From: Daphnia carinata
Taxonomy: Eukaryota
DNA length: 64,000 bases
Reading direction: 5' to 3'
Assembly (NCBI RefSeq): GCF_022539665.2
Contig: NC_081332.1
Span: forward strand, 7,750,001-7,814,000
The notes below the pieces were generated by a model. The model saw nothing but the letters and a program-made list of their open reading frames with translations. It was not told where the DNA came from and did no database searches. This document shows positions 12,979 through 26,675 of this stretch, one piece after another. Within the stretch, counting starts at the first letter, position 1. Each line of letters begins with the position of its first letter. A program made the position numbers and the translations under genes.

Positions 12979-14912
12979 TTAAAAAGGAAGTTAAAAAGTT
13001 CCAAGGAAATTTGCGCTATCTTCTCATCCCGCATAGTTGCCGATTTTCCTATTCCTCTACATAATAAATCGGAGCGGAAAATTTTTTTTAGAGCCTATAG
13101 CTGCTGCAGCTGCCGCCGTAGCGCCCTTGAATATTTTCCGCTCCGATTTAAAAAGTAGATAAGGAAGCGCAAATTTCCTTGGAATAAAAATTTGCCGTTT
13201 TTAACTCAATATTATAGTGATTCTGCATACGGCATGATATGCAAAATCTCATATTAGATTATAGTTTAAATGATGCCTTTTTTTTAAGCCCAAAAACGCC
13301 CTCGTAGCCCCATTTATCGTCGCGTACATGAAAGCCAAAGTAGCCCCATTTACTACTGGCCCTCTCGACTGTCCGGAAACTTTTGCCTGCTTTTTTAAAG
13401 AGCCTTTCCCGTGAAAGAAAAATTCCCAAAAAAAAATCATGAATAAAACTAATCTTAAGGACAAATTTCATTTTCAGAATCATCTATGTCGGATGATTAG
13501 TATATTTTTAAGAGTTTAAAGAAAAACCAGTTTTTCCATAAGCCGCTCTCGGCTGTCCGGAAACTTTCGGCAGGTACTGTATATATATAGTTGAAATAAA
13601 ATAAAAGGTAAAGAAAGAACAGAAGAGAAGGTAAAAGTAAAAAAAACTTTCCGACGGCTTTGAAAGGTCAAGGGTCTCCCGTCGGCTTTTCAGTAGCCAC
13701 GCTACAGCAAAAGATAGGAAAATAAAAGGGTATCGCATTATAACTGTGTTTTGGGCAGAAGGAAAATTTATTTTTAATCGAAAGTGATATTACTGGAAAG
13801 AGGAGAAGATGCTCGTATTTTTCAGAAAGAAATAATTGAAAAAGATGGTTTCGCTTAATTATGCGGAGAAGAAAAGAAACGTATTAAAATATTTACGGCA
13901 GAAAAAGTCCGTGCGCCAAAGGTCAAACTCAGATTTTCGATTTTTTTTCTAAGTCCAACGCAAGGGAAAAAGGACTTTGCTAGAAACAGAGGAGAAAAGA
14001 GGTGAAACATGAACAGGTGGGCGGAGCTAACGCGCTTGGAGGGGGACAAGGAATTTTTGGAAATATGAACGCGAGTGTAAGGGGAGGCTTGTTAGTTATC
14101 CTCTGGCAAAATTGGGGGAGTAAAAATATTTTTTCTTCGCTAGCTGCGAAGTGTTGGAACAAATTCAGTGTTCGCTCGAAAGGGAAAGTGAAAAGAAGTG
14201 TAAAGTGAGAAACGCGTTGTGAAAAAAAAAATCTGGGCGGTGGCTACATTCAAGAAGAAAAAGTGACTTGGAGATGCAGTAGAAGAGGAATTGTGTGTGT
14301 AAAACAATTTGTGCGTTTAGAAGAAAAGTTTTGTTTCTACATCATTGATAGTTTTTCATGTTTGTGCTATTGCCGTTAATGTAATTGTATGAAATAAAGG
14401 TTTAATAAAATGTTCTAAACTTACTCGGTATTCGGATTGTTAATAATGTTATACTTAAGAAAAACGGAACACAGAATTTAAGGGCTTATAATTTTGAAGG
14501 AAAACATTTTTCAAAAACACATAATTTTTAACATCGTTTATAAGATAAAAAGAAAACAAAAGTGAGAAATAGAAATATGAAAATAATTAAGACACAGAAA
14601 AGTAATGATGAATGTTGTCCTTGTCTTTTCCTTTCTCTTTTTTTTTCTTTAACTCAGAGGTTATCCTCTTTGTTATTATTATTATTAGTGAATTCTGTAG
14701 TAGCATGTTTTGTGCATTCGCTATAACTTTATTTTTTTTATTTTTTTTTAAATTATTATTGAGAAAGAATTAAGACAAGACAAGCGTAAGATTAAAAAGT
14801 TGTATATAATGAATAATAATATGAAGAAAACAAGAGATACAATTATAAAAGAAATGAATATGGAAAAAAAACAAAACAAAAATAATAGTATAACGAAAAC
14901 AATAATGAAAGG

Positions 14913-15767
14913 TCAATCATCAATAGTCACGACAATCGGGCCATTGGGGCGTCTTCCGGCCCGTCCGCAGGTAGGGCAGACGTCTTGTATCCACCATTGG
15001 GATAGCGCCCAATTTGGTGGTGGCGGCATGCGGTTCTGTGGGTCAAGCTCTAAAATTGCTTGAAGGTTTTCCACCGCTCCTTGCCAATTCTCCTCGTATA
15101 AAGCGTTTAGTAGCGCCAATCTTAAAACTCCGGTGCGAAGGTAAAGTTCATGAAGATTTAAATCGCGTCGGGTAGGCCAGGTGGGGCGTGTGGGTTCCGG
15201 CATAAGTGTAGCGATTGGCCTTACGCGCACCGGGTTGAATCTTGTTTGAGGTGGAGCCGGGTTGGGCTGGACCCGGGGTGGAGCACGGATCCGGATACGG
15301 AATGGCAAAGTCACTTGCGGTGGGAAAGGTACCCGGGGCGGAACAGGTGGAGGGGTAATGCGGTTAGATGGCCCCGCTTCCGGCTCATCGAAATCAATTG
15401 GCCTTAGCCGCCAAGCACTGTTGGAACTATGCCGACGAGTGGTGTACGGGGAAAGCCGATAATCTCCCGTATGGTCCTTAGACATTTTGTTAAAATGATT
15501 TTTCAAGACTTGTGAGAAAGGATTGATCCCTTTCCTTGCGCCCACGTTTGTTATATAGGCAAAAAGTGTCATTGTCAGCTTTCTTGAAATAACTTTTAAT
15601 GTTTCTTCTTGATGTTGTAAGCAATTCTTTGTTTTGTTTTTGCTTTTGTTTCTGAATCCATTTTTGTTGCAAAGCAAACGAAGAGATAACCATATATGGG
15701 TAACATGAAGAAGGGAATTGATTACAATTTCCAAGAAGTACAAGCATATATATAAAAAAAATTTCAT
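14913..15767 (-). CDS. Accessory ORF of unknown function (Pro/Arg-rich middle, C-terminal CPTC); real start may be the ATG near 15485
   Basis: 284-aa ORF with a GC-rich coding-like 3' part inside AT-rich DNA, between IN and env. Confidence 0.45.
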   Translation of the reverse strand: MKFFLYICLYFLEIVINSLLHVTHIWLSLRLLCNKNGFRNKSKNKTKNCLQHQEETLKVISRKLTMTLFAYITNVGARKGINPFSQVLKNHFNKMSKDHTGDYRLSPYTTRRHSSNSAWRLRPIDFDEPEAGPSNRITPPPVPPRVPFPPQVTLPFRIRIRAPPRVQPNPAPPQTRFNPVRVRPIATLMPEPTRPTWPTRRDLNLHELYLRTGVLRLALLNALYEENWQGAVENLQAILELDPQNRMPPPPNWALSQWWIQDVCPTCGRAGRRPNGPIVVTIDD

Positions 15768-15989
15768 TTATAATAAACATATATAACAGAATTAACAATT
15801 CGTACAACTTAAAAATAACTATAAGAAACAGACAAAAATTGTCGTCAAATTCTATTTATATATATTTGAAAATATATATATATATTGAACTGTATTCGCA
15901 ACCTTGCCGTTCGCTTATCCAATTTCTAATACAGTAGTGTATAAAGGATAAGTATATTGTTTGTCGGATAAGCGCAAGAGCAAGAGATA

Positions 15990-18900
15990 CTAAAAGTTGA
16001 CAAAAGGACACATGAATAGAGTCATAAGAAAAATAACACATACACAAAAGGAATAATATAATAGGCCAGAGAGAGAAGTTCCAGAATCTTGTGAACTCCG
16101 TTGAATGAAATCCGTCTTCATTGGGATTTCCATAGAATTTTGTTGATTTTCCCTTGCTTGAAATTGCTGGTTTTCAAATCCATTTCCGGTGTGTATTTTC
16201 ATCTCTTCATCCAGAAGTGCGTTGTTTACGAGAGAACGGTTTACAATTTCTTGGACATCACACAAATCATTAAACTCATCTATAAGCCCATCCTCGTTTT
16301 TTGATACATCAATTGTTTGGGTTGAAATCGTTTTACGAAATCGACTCTCAAACTCAAACGGGGTCTCAAATGGTGGACAATGTTCGGTCTTCCAAACCAT
16401 TGTTTCGTACAAAGGTTTTAATCTGTTAACGTGAGTACGTTGACAGATATAAGAGTTATCCGCTAATCTACAGTATTATTAGAATACACTTTTACTACCC
16501 TATATGGTCCTTTATATTTCGAAGTGAATTTCCTGCTATCCCCATCTTTAACTACGCGAATATCCAATAACACTCTATCGCCTACCACATATCGTCAAAA
16601 ATATCGAAATAATTTTGAAGTGAAATTAGTCCCACGATCAGAAAGAATTGCTTTTGGCATCCCATGACGTACAATTATAGTATTATATATACACTCGGCT
16701 GTTGTTAACGCAGTTTGATCTTTTAAAGCAACTGCTTCTACCCATCGACTAAAATAATCAGTAATAACTAAAATATAACTATTTCCGTTAGGCGAAATCG
16801 GAGTGATAGGCCCTAAAAAGTCCATTCCAATTACTTGAAAAGGAGCTTTGGCGACTTCATGAGGGTGCAAAACTGCTCTATATGTAGAGGAAGTGTTAGC
16901 TATACATATTTCGCAAGCTTGGCAATACTCCTTAATATCGCCCCTCATGTTAGGCCAATAATAATGGTTTTTTACTTTTAAATACGTCTTATAAAATGCT
17001 AAATGCCCTCCCATCGGTGCGTCGTGTAATTCCTTGAGCACTAGATGGCGGAGCGCTACAGGTAACACCAATTGATAATTTACGTCGCTGCGCTTGCTAT
17101 TTGACAAAGGCAACTCATGCCGATAAAGAGTACCTTCGATGACTTCAAAATATTCAATTTCTTTTACCCAATCTGGCCTAGTTTGTTGAAAAATTTCATC
17201 CAATCCTCCTTTCTCTAAATAATTCCTAATAGCTATACAAAGTTCATCTTCTAATTGTTTCTCACAAATAAACTTAATATTTTTCCCAGTTTGAATACTC
17301 ACCACCTTTAAACGTGACAAACAGTCAGCATTTTGGTGAATACGACCAGGCCTATACTTTAACTCATAATTGGTCGCAGCTAATAATATAGCCCATCGTC
17401 CTAATCTCCCATTGTTATCTTTTTGATCCTTAAGCCACTGTAGTGGACGATGATCACTAATAATCTCGAATGGCTTATCCAAAAGATAATGTCGAAAATG
17501 TTTAATTGAATCAATCACTGCTAAAGCTTCTTTCTCTGTAGTGGCATATTTCATCTCAGCTTTTGTTAATTGTCTACTGGAATACGCTATCGGATGTTCG
17601 TGGCCATTTTGTATCTGCGAAAGTACCGCTCCTATTCCATAATCACATGCGTCTGTGAAAAGTAAAAATTTTTCATTGAAATTGGGGTAAACTAATACTG
17701 GGGGCGTAACGAGAGAAGTTCGTAATTTTTCAAAGGCATTTTGCTCCCCAGTACCCCAAACAAAAGGTTTTTTTGCTAAGGTCTTTATGAGTTAATCTGG
17801 TCAATGGCTTAGCTATTGATCCAAAATTTTGAATAAATCTCCTATAATATCCGGCTAATCCCAAAAATGATCTTACTTCGTCTACAAAAGAAGGTGCTTT
17901 ATAATTCACTATTTTATCGATTTTCCCTGGATCTGGCTTAATTCCTTCAGTCGAAATGACATGGCCTAAATAATTTACCGATCGTTTAATAAACTGGCAT
18001 TTTTTTAGTTTTAATTTTAAATTTGCATCCTGTAGTAGTTGAAAAATTTCCCGAATATCCCTCAAATGGTCCTCGAAATTATCCGGAAAGATTATTACAT
18101 CATCCAAATAAACTAATGCCTTACTTCCCAAAACGTCTTTCAGTACATAATTCATTAGTCTTTGAAATGTGGCAGGTGCATTGCACAAGCCAAATGCCAT
18201 ACGCTTAAATTCGTATAGATTATTTTCTACCACAAATGCTGTTTTTTCTATAGCTGGCTCACCTACCTGAATTTGCCAATATCCCGCAGCTAAGTCGAGA
18301 GTAGTAAAAAATTTCTTTCCATACAATTTATCCAATGTTTCATCTATCCTTGGCATAGGAAACGAATCTTTCTTTGTGATACTATTTAATTTCCGATAAT
18401 CGATGCAAAACCTGACTTCTCCACATTTTTTCTCAACTAAAACCACAGGTGAAGCCCATGGCGAATGCGAGTATTGAATTACATTCGCATCAAGCATTTC
18501 TTGTACCTTATCCTCCAATAATTTTCTTTGATTATTTGTAACTCTATATGGGCGTTGTCGAATAGGGCCTCGTCCCTGTGTATCAAAATGTTTTATAAGA
18601 TCTGTGTTGCCTAATTCTGAATCTTTTGCAGCGAACAAGTCATGAAAGTCATTTAATAATTTAGCGAGCTGTGTTTGAAATTCGTGGTCGACCTCCGGAA
18701 TTACAATAGGCTCTTTTACTACGTTAGGCCTGTCGTCAACTTTATTTAAAGAAATTTTTCCAATCGTTCGAGTAGTAACTTCGATGCCACCTAACTTCGT
18801 ATCCCTGGGAATTTTGACTTGATTTAACGAATGATTTTCAACTAGAATATTATATTTTCCATCTCTCGATACTTTTCCTACGAACTCCTCAATAAAAACG

Positions 18901-19400
18901 CCGGCCGGCAAATCTCCTGCTGGGGTAAATATAAAAGCTGTATTCGGCGGAACAAACGGAAATGACCCTTTCATTTGCGCGGCAATTACTAGCGACGTCT
19001 GACGAGATAACGTCGTCTTTTTGACCGAAGTAACTGCCATGTCCGGAATGCTAGAAATAGCTGATCCCTGCTTATCTCTTGCTAAATAAATGCTCTTGGC
19101 TTCTCCATCAAGCCGAAATCCGTGTTTCTGGATCGCGTCCCATCCAAGGATACAGTCCTCAGAAACACCATTTGTAACAATAAACTCTTGTTCCAAAACT
19201 AACTCTCCGTATCGCACGGGCAAAGTAACGCTCCCCAGCGTGTGTAATTTTTTCTCCCCTACATCGTATAAATCAAAATCAAGTTGACTGCAGATCACTT
19301 GACCTCTTTGGGGTAATTTCTTAAATAATTTCTCATGAATAATACTCTTAGACGCTCCTGTATCGAATAATGCTTGAAATGGGATCTGATGAATTTTCAA
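15990..19400 (-). pseudogene. Gypsy-A pol: protease (LFDTGA), RT (YLDD), RNase H, integrase; frameshifts and an IN-core deletion
   Basis: ORFs 17730-19400, 16595-17554 and 15990-16412. IN HHCC and SDRG are present, then the sequence jumps near 16595 to the GPY/F region (CGATAT repeated at the junction). Confidence 0.93.
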
Positions 19401-19504
19401 TGGAATTCTCGGTGTCGATTCATTCGTTATGGTTGTTAATTTTGCGACTTGTCGGGATTTACACGGAGGCTCCCTATCAACTGACCCGAAGTTACAGTTG
19501 ATAC

Positions 19505-22315
19505 CTATTGGTTTCCCTGATTCGGAGGCGGACCTGGAATGTTAGGCCTACTCTGGTTTTTTGCCTTTGAACAGTTGTTTGATTTATGGCCAATTTCCCG
19601 ACATGAATAGCATATTGGTGGCTGAGCTTGTTCCAAACTTTGCCGTTGATATTTGTAACAATTTGTCTGAGAATGACCCTTATATCCACAAAAATTGCAA
19701 ATCAGCTGTGGCTGTGTAGGCTTATGGTGGGAATCACCAGCTGGTTTTGAAAAAGAGGTTTTATGAGCTGTAGGCCTATCCGGGAATTTATTGAAAGGTT
19801 GTGCGCCATTGTTATTGTTATTCTGCAGCGGAGGTCTCCAGTTCCTATCCTGGTTACTGTTACTAGTTTGGAACGAAACTTGCTTCTTATACGGTGCGCT
19901 TGATACGTTTTTATCAAATTGCAATTGCCTTACCGCTTGCGTTAGCTCAAGAAGTGCGCTCTTAATTTCCTCCTTTTCAGTTTTTGGGTCATCGACTTGT
20001 TTGCTTCCCTGTCTGATATTTGCTACGGCATTTTTGACGAATTCTTTTTGCTCCAATATTATTTCCTTTAGTTCTTTTAATTCTGCGTCTTTGGTTCAGG
20101 AGGCTCAGTCACTGCCCTAATAAAATCATGTTTTTCCCTATCCGTTTCCATGGCCTCCAGTCGCAATGCATACATTGCCGAAATAAGATCATTAAAATTC
20201 TTAAATTCTTTATATTTAACTTTCGATTGTAATTTGGAATCCAACCCCTCTATAAATTTTTGCATAAGAATTATAGCAAAAGATGCTTCTGAATAGCCTA
20301 CAGGATATGCGCGTTTGAAAATTTCCTGCAAACGATGAGCATATTCTATAATCTTTTCCCCTGGCTTACGCTTAGCTTTATTAAACTTCTTTTGATAAAA
20401 ATCAGCATTTTCGTTACCATGAAAATGATCAAGAAGAGATTCTTTAATTAAAGCATAGTTGTGAGGATGACCCTTCAAAGTTGCCTGAATAATCGAGAAA
20501 GCTTTATCAGCCAATTTTGCCCTTGACATCTGAATAATTTTCCCCTCAGACCAACCTGATCCTTCTACTATACTTTCAAAAGATTCTAACCAGGAGTCAA
20601 AACGCACAAGGGGATTTCCAGAAAAAGAAGGAAGTAGCTGTAAACGGGAAAAAGTGTGTTGATTATTTTGGAAATCGTTCAAATCATCGACTGTGGCCGC
20701 TCTTGATGGAGAACAAGATTCCGCCATGTTTGGATTAAATTTTAAAAAATTCAAAGTTCTTCCCTGTGAATTCTGAGGGTGTTCTGAAATGTTGTTCGTA
20801 ATTGCCTTAAATTCGTAATTAAATTAAATTCCTCTGCGTTGTATCCGGTTGGCTGGGTGGGCAGGCTCGAGGACAGGGTAAAGGGTACGTAGGACAGTGT
20901 AGGGTTTGTTACTGATTGAAATGATAGTGTCTTCTGCGCGACCGTTTCCTCTTTGGAATGCTTCCCGACAGCGGCGATGTTTGTTGGATTGGCGTGCTTT
21001 GTTGCTGCGTTGGTATCGTTTGTATGAACGTCAGCGATTGTCTCAATTTTTGTTCCGCTTGCGTGATTATTGGCTTGATGTCGCTCGCCTGCTGTGCGAA
21101 GAACGGGTTGTTGGCTTCCGGAAAATTGTTCAGTTTGTCCAAAAGGAATATGATTTCCGGCTGTAGTACCTCCAAATTGTTGATGAGTTGTAGTTTCTTT
21201 AGGTATGCCGCTAGGTTGGCTACTTCCTTCAGGAACGTTCGTTGGGACGCCAGCAAGATCTCTTCCAGATGAAGAGATGTGTCGCTCACTTTGGTGATGA
21301 TTTCCACGTATCTCCCGTCCTCGTCTCTGTCGGTGATGTCCCGTCTTGGAACGAAGCCGAATAGTTCTCGCTTTGTTGTTGGTGTGACCACTTGAAGGTC
21401 TATTATGTTGTAAATTTGTCCGTGTAGGCAAGTCGGAACCTGTCTCGCGTGTCGTGTGAAAATTTCCTTGAGCTCCGTCACAATTTTCTCCGTCTGCTTC
21501 TTCGTCTTCTTCGTGATCGGTACACTGGCTTTCACCTCCAGAATGGATGTCAGATACTTCAGAAGTGTCTTCGGTTGTTTCCAATCCGTTAGTGTTAATT
21601 TTTCGGCGTCGTAATTCCTCTGAAAGTCGCGCATCAACGCGACAAGATGATCCCAGATTTTCGGGTCGCTCGATTGGAAGTCTTTCTCCCTCTCCTTGAG
21701 GCTCTTGATGGCTAGCAGTAGGAACGGTAGCTGGCTGTTCGGTAGTTGGAAGATGCTGTCCCCTTTCTTCTTGATCTCTTGGAACAGGTGCTGGAGGTTG
21801 ACGTTGAGCTGGTCTTCCATTGGTTGTCTTCTTTTTTGCAAACAAACCCGAGACTTGTTCAAAAAAAGCGTTTGTTGGGGAAGTGTTTGTGGAAACGGTT
21901 TTCTTGGGTGAAAGACGGTTTACTAGTTGGGCTATGAAGGAAGGAGAATTTCTTACGGTCGAGGTATCAGCTTTACTTTGAGCTCGTGGTTTGCGAACGT
22001 TTGAAAGGTCTACTTGCTTTACCAACTCATACGCAGAGTTCGATCTTAACTTTCTTAGCTGGGGATTATTTGGAATTGCATTAGGCTTCAAAACAGAAGA
22101 GAGGCAGATTTCCTGATAGTTTCTGTTGCTTTTCTCAAAGTTTTATTACCCGTAAACTTATCAGATCCAGCAAGATTTGAAGTGGAAGTTTTATCAAAAT
22201 AAAGGGTTCTGGCTACACCTTCATCAATTGGAATAACTGGCTCAATAGGACTTTTAATAGTGGATACAGGTGTGCGAGAAAGTTTATGCTTACTAGAAAA
22301 AATATTATCCGTCAT
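19505..22315 (-). pseudogene. Gypsy-A gag region: long N-terminal extension, capsid domain, two CCHC zinc knuckles; frameshifted
   Basis: ORFs 22088-22315, 20751-22091, 20077-20754 and 19505-20056. Knuckles CNFCGYKGHSQTNC and CYSCREIGHKSNNC. Confidence 0.85.
20909..21862 (-). CDS. 317-aa ORF overlapping the gag N-terminal extension in another frame; unknown product
   Basis: Stop-free over 954 bp inside ORF 20751-22091; amphipathic, helical-looking composition. Confidence 0.5.
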   Translation of the reverse strand: MNKSRVCLQKRRQPMEDQLNVNLQHLFQEIKKKGDSIFQLPNSQLPFLLLAIKSLKEREKDFQSSDPKIWDHLVALMRDFQRNYDAEKLTLTDWKQPKTLLKYLTSILEVKASVPITKKTKKQTEKIVTELKEIFTRHARQVPTCLHGQIYNIIDLQVVTPTTKRELFGFVPRRDITDRDEDGRYVEIITKVSDTSLHLEEILLASQRTFLKEVANLAAYLKKLQLINNLEVLQPEIIFLLDKLNNFPEANNPFFAQQASDIKPIITQAEQKLRQSLTFIQTIPTQQQSTPIQQTSPLSGSIPKRKRSRRRHYHFNQ

Positions 22316-22332
22316 TGTGGGTGAGTTCGATA

Positions 22333-22346
22333 GATCGCAGCCACCA
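22333..22346 (-). promoter_or_regulatory. Gypsy-A primer-binding site (TGGTGGCTGCGA; tRNA-Leu-like, imperfect)
   Basis: TGG-initiated motif 3 nt inside the 5' LTR. Confidence 0.6.
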
Positions 22347-22349
22347 TTA

Positions 22350-23155
22350 TGTAAAGCATTCTTTTAGCGATTAAAAAGAATGACTTTACGTTATTAAAGA
22401 CAAATTGTAATAAGAAAAATGAACTCGGGAAAGCGTTACCACAATGCCGAATATATTTTATTCTAATAGGCCAAAGATAATAAAAGCATTACACAGATAT
22501 AAGATATAAATGGGAAACGGAAATACAAAATGGAGTCAGGCGAATTTAGTCTTACCGTCACCGCTGTGGCGAAGATGGAATAAAGATGTCAAACGTTGAA
22601 AGATAAAAGATAAGGAATAACGGGACTTGTCGGTCGCACAAAAAGCGATGAAGACACTCACAATAATTATTGAATAAGAACAAATTAAACTCACTATATT
22701 TGAAGAAAATAATAGCACTTGGAGCACTAAGAATGAGAGCTGGAACTAGAACTGGAACTAGAACAAGAGAGAGCTGAAGAACTGTGGAACTAACTTTTGG
22801 GAACAAAAAGGATATCCTTTTATACGTTTTACATGTTTGAGGGAAACATAGCATTTCCGACAGATGAGCTCCGGATATAAGTTATTGAATATCTCACGCA
22901 GCAACATTTCTTATTCATGGAAATGTATGGCGCGATGTTCTACGCATTAAGCTCATCCAATCAGCAATAAGGAGGATGTAAAGTATAATATAAAAATAGA
23001 ATTCAAGGAAATGTCAATGACACTTGAATTACTATATTTATAATGTATACTTTAAATATAATGCATAACAAACATAATATATAATTTTAATATAAAGAAA
23101 ACAAACAATGAAGATAAAATATAATCAAAAGTTGTATTTTGGTGACTTCGTTACA
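22350..23155 (-). repeat. Gypsy-A 5' LTR
   Basis: Direct repeat of 11160-11965, adjacent to the PBS. Confidence 0.95.
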
Positions 23156-25468
23156 ATTTCAATATCTACATTCAAACAGCATCCAATATACGTGTATTCA
23201 ATGTGAATATAGTGTTATAGAATCAGTTTCAATATCTACATTCAAACAGCATCAAATATACGTGTATTCAATGTGAATATAGTGTTATAGAATCAGTTTC
23301 ATGATCTACATTCAAACAGCATGAAATATACGTGTATTCATTGTGAATATAGTGTTATAGAATCAGTTTCATGATCTACATTCAAACAGCGTCAAATATA
23401 CGTGTATTCATTGTGAATATAGTGTGATAGAATCAGTTTCAATATCTACATTCAACAGCATCAAATATACGTGTATTCAATGTGAATATAGTGTTATAGA
23501 ATCAGTTTAATGATCTACATTCAAACAGCATCAAATATACGTGTATCCAATGTAAATATAGTGTTATAGAATCACATTCATGATCTACATTCAAACAGCA
23601 TCAAATATACGTGTATTGAATGTGGATATAGTATTATAGAATCAGTTTCAATATCTACATTCAAACAGCATCAAATATATGTGATACAGTGAGTTTCAAT
23701 ATGTACATTCAAACAGCATCAAATATACGTGTATTCAATGTGAATATAGTGTTATAGAATCAGTTTCAGTATCTACATTCAAACAACATCAAATATACGT
23801 GTATTCATTGTGAATATAGTGTTTTAGAATCAGTTTAATGATCTACATTCAAACAGTATCAAATATACGTGTATTCAATGTGAATACAGTGTGATACAGT
23901 GAGTTTCAAAATCTACATTCAAACAGCATCATATATACGTGTATTCAATGTGAATATAGTGTTATAGAATCAGTTTCAATATCTACATTCAAACAGCATC
24001 AAATATATGTGTATTCAATGGAAATATAGTGTTATAGAATCAGTTTCATGATCTACATTCAAACAGCATCAAATATACGTGTATTCATTGTGAATATAGT
24101 GTTATAGATTCAGTTTCATGATCTACATTCAACAGTATCAAATATACGTGTATTCACTGTGAATATAGTGTTATAGAATCAGTTTCAATATCTACATTCA
24201 AACAGCATCAAATATACGTGTATTCAATGTGAATATAGTGTTATGGAATCAGTTTCATGATCTACATTCAAACAGCATCAAATATACGTGTATTCAATGT
24301 GAATATAGTGTTATAGAATCAGTTTCATGATCTACATTCAAACAGCATCAAATATACGTGTATTCATTGTGAATATAGTGTTATAGAATCAGTTATTAAA
24401 ATCTACATTCAAACAGCATCAAATATACGTGTATTCAATGTGAATATAGTGTTATAGAATCAGTTTCAATATCTACATTCAAACAGCATCAAATATACGT
24501 GTATCATATGTGAATATAGTGTATTCAGTTTCAATATCTACATTCAAACAGCATCAAATATACGTGTATTCAATGTGAATATAGTGTTATAGAATCAGTT
24601 TCATATCTACATTCAAACAGCATCAAATATACGTGTATTCAATGTGAATATAGTGTTATAGAATCAGTTTCAATATCTACATTCAAACAGCATCATATAT
24701 ACGTGTATTCAATGTGAATATAGTGTTATAGAATCAGTTTCAATATCTACATTCAAACAGCATCATATATACGTGTATTCAATGTGAATATAGTGTTATA
24801 GAATCAGTTTCAATATCTCCATTCAAACAGCATCAAATATACGTGTATTCAATGTTAATATAGTGTTATAGAATCAGTTTCATGATCTACATTCAAACAG
24901 CATCAAATATACGTGTATTCATTGTGAATATAGTGTTATAGAATCAGTTTCATGATCTACATTCAAACAGCATCAAATATAAGTGTATTCAATGTGAATA
25001 TAGTGTTATAGAATCAGTTTAATGATCTACATTCAAACAGCATCAAATATACGTGTATTCAATGTGAATATAGTGTTATGGAATCAGTTTCAATATCTAC
25101 ATTGAAACAGCATCAAATATACGTGTATTCAATGTGAATATAGTATGATACAATGAGTTTCAATATCTACATTGAAACAGCATCAAATATACGTGTATTC
25201 AATGTGAATATAGTGTTATAGAATCAGTTTCAATATCTACATTCAAACAGCATCAAATATATGTGATACAGTGAGTTTCAATATGTACATTCAAACAGCA
25301 TCAAATATACGTGTATTCAATGTGAATATAGTGTTATAGAATCAGTTTCAGTATCTACATTCAAACAACATTAAATATACGTGTATTCAATCTGAATATA
25401 CTGTTATAGAATCAGTTTCAATATCTACATTCAAACAGCATCATATATACGTGTATTCAATATGAATA
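23156..25468. repeat. 70-bp satellite, block 3
   Basis: Same unit. Confidence 0.97.
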
Positions 25469-25615
25469 GATTGCCGGAGAAATAGGACCCCTAAATAGGA
25501 CCTGGAGAAATAGTACCCGGAGAATTAGGACCCAATCATCAATCATATTTTGAAGGGTCCTATTTCTCCCTCATAAGGGTGCTATTTCTCCATAGTAATG
25601 GTCCTATTTTTCCTT
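25469..25615. mobile_element. DNA-transposon-like terminus with repeated GGAGAAATAGGACCC motifs (Foldback/MULE-like)
   Basis: Four direct copies followed by three inverted copies (GGGTCCTATTTCTCC) starting at the satellite junction. No partner end found. Confidence 0.55.
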
Positions 25616-26675
25616 GGGAAATGGCCCTAAAGCCTGCTGTTGTTAAGGAAGAACCGGACGGCTTATGTAGTTTTCCGCACTCCAAACCACGTTATCAATT
25701 GCTCGTGTAATCAGTCCATCATAACTTTTTTGTTTGAATTCATATTTATATTTTTTTTGCATGATTACACGCATTATCTATTGCTTTACACAGCTCATGT
25801 ATAAAAGTTATATTTATTTTTACACAGTGTTTGATTTTTTGCCCTTGACCTTTCGTTAGTGGCGTTTTCAGTCCTAGTATCGCCCTCCCCCCTGGCTGAT
25901 ATCCTTATTCCATGCGAATTCCCGGAGACGAGGGGCATGCTTTCCCCTAAGTACTCCTTAATACACTGATAAATAATAAAAAAATTATATATATATAATT
26001 TAAGACAAGCACATTTTTTAATAAAAAAAATATATGCCGCAAAACCATAAATAGAGACCTACGTGGCAAGAACGAAAATAATGAGTTCCGCTCGGATCAT
26101 GGAAGGCATGCCAGTGTATTGTTATACAAAACTATCATGGCACGGCTTGTAAATAATGGAACACGAGGCAGCTCATCCATGTCAATATCGGCAATTCATA
26201 CGATAAGTTTGTTTTTTTCGCTAGTTTATTCAGTTTATGCTTTCCTTTCATTTTTCGTTTTCTTAATGTTGATTTATCCCTTTTCTGTTGTTGTTCCTTT
26301 CTCTTTTCTTGTTCTTCGATGCGTTCAACCAACTTCTTTCTCGTTTGTGATGTTGATTTTATTCTCTTTCCTAATTGGCTTATCAAGCTCGCAATCAATT
26401 CCACATTTTTTTTTAACCTATTGCGCTTAGTATTCTTTTATCTGTTAAAATACAAAAAAGTAAAATTAGTTGAAGGTCTATTTTTTTTTGTCGAAATCAA
26501 AGTTTACCTTGGCATCTGTTATTTTTCCTTTGTTTGTTTAGTTTCTTCTTCTCCAACTTATCTAACTTCCGTTTAAGTTGAGTTTTCATTTTATCAGAGC
26601 CCTGCTTTTCCCCTGAAATTGGATGACATATGCTGGCTTGCCTTCCTTAAACAAAAAGATTATAGCACATACATA

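Larger units (their letters stand above)
11160..23155 (-). mobile_element. Ty3/Gypsy LTR retrotransposon (Gypsy-A) with env-like remnant and extra ORFs, defective
   Basis: Two 806-bp TG...CA LTRs (about 10 mismatches by eye); gag-PR-RT-RNaseH-IN order; TGGTGG PBS. The TSD is imperfect (GTTA versus ATTT). Confidence 0.95.
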
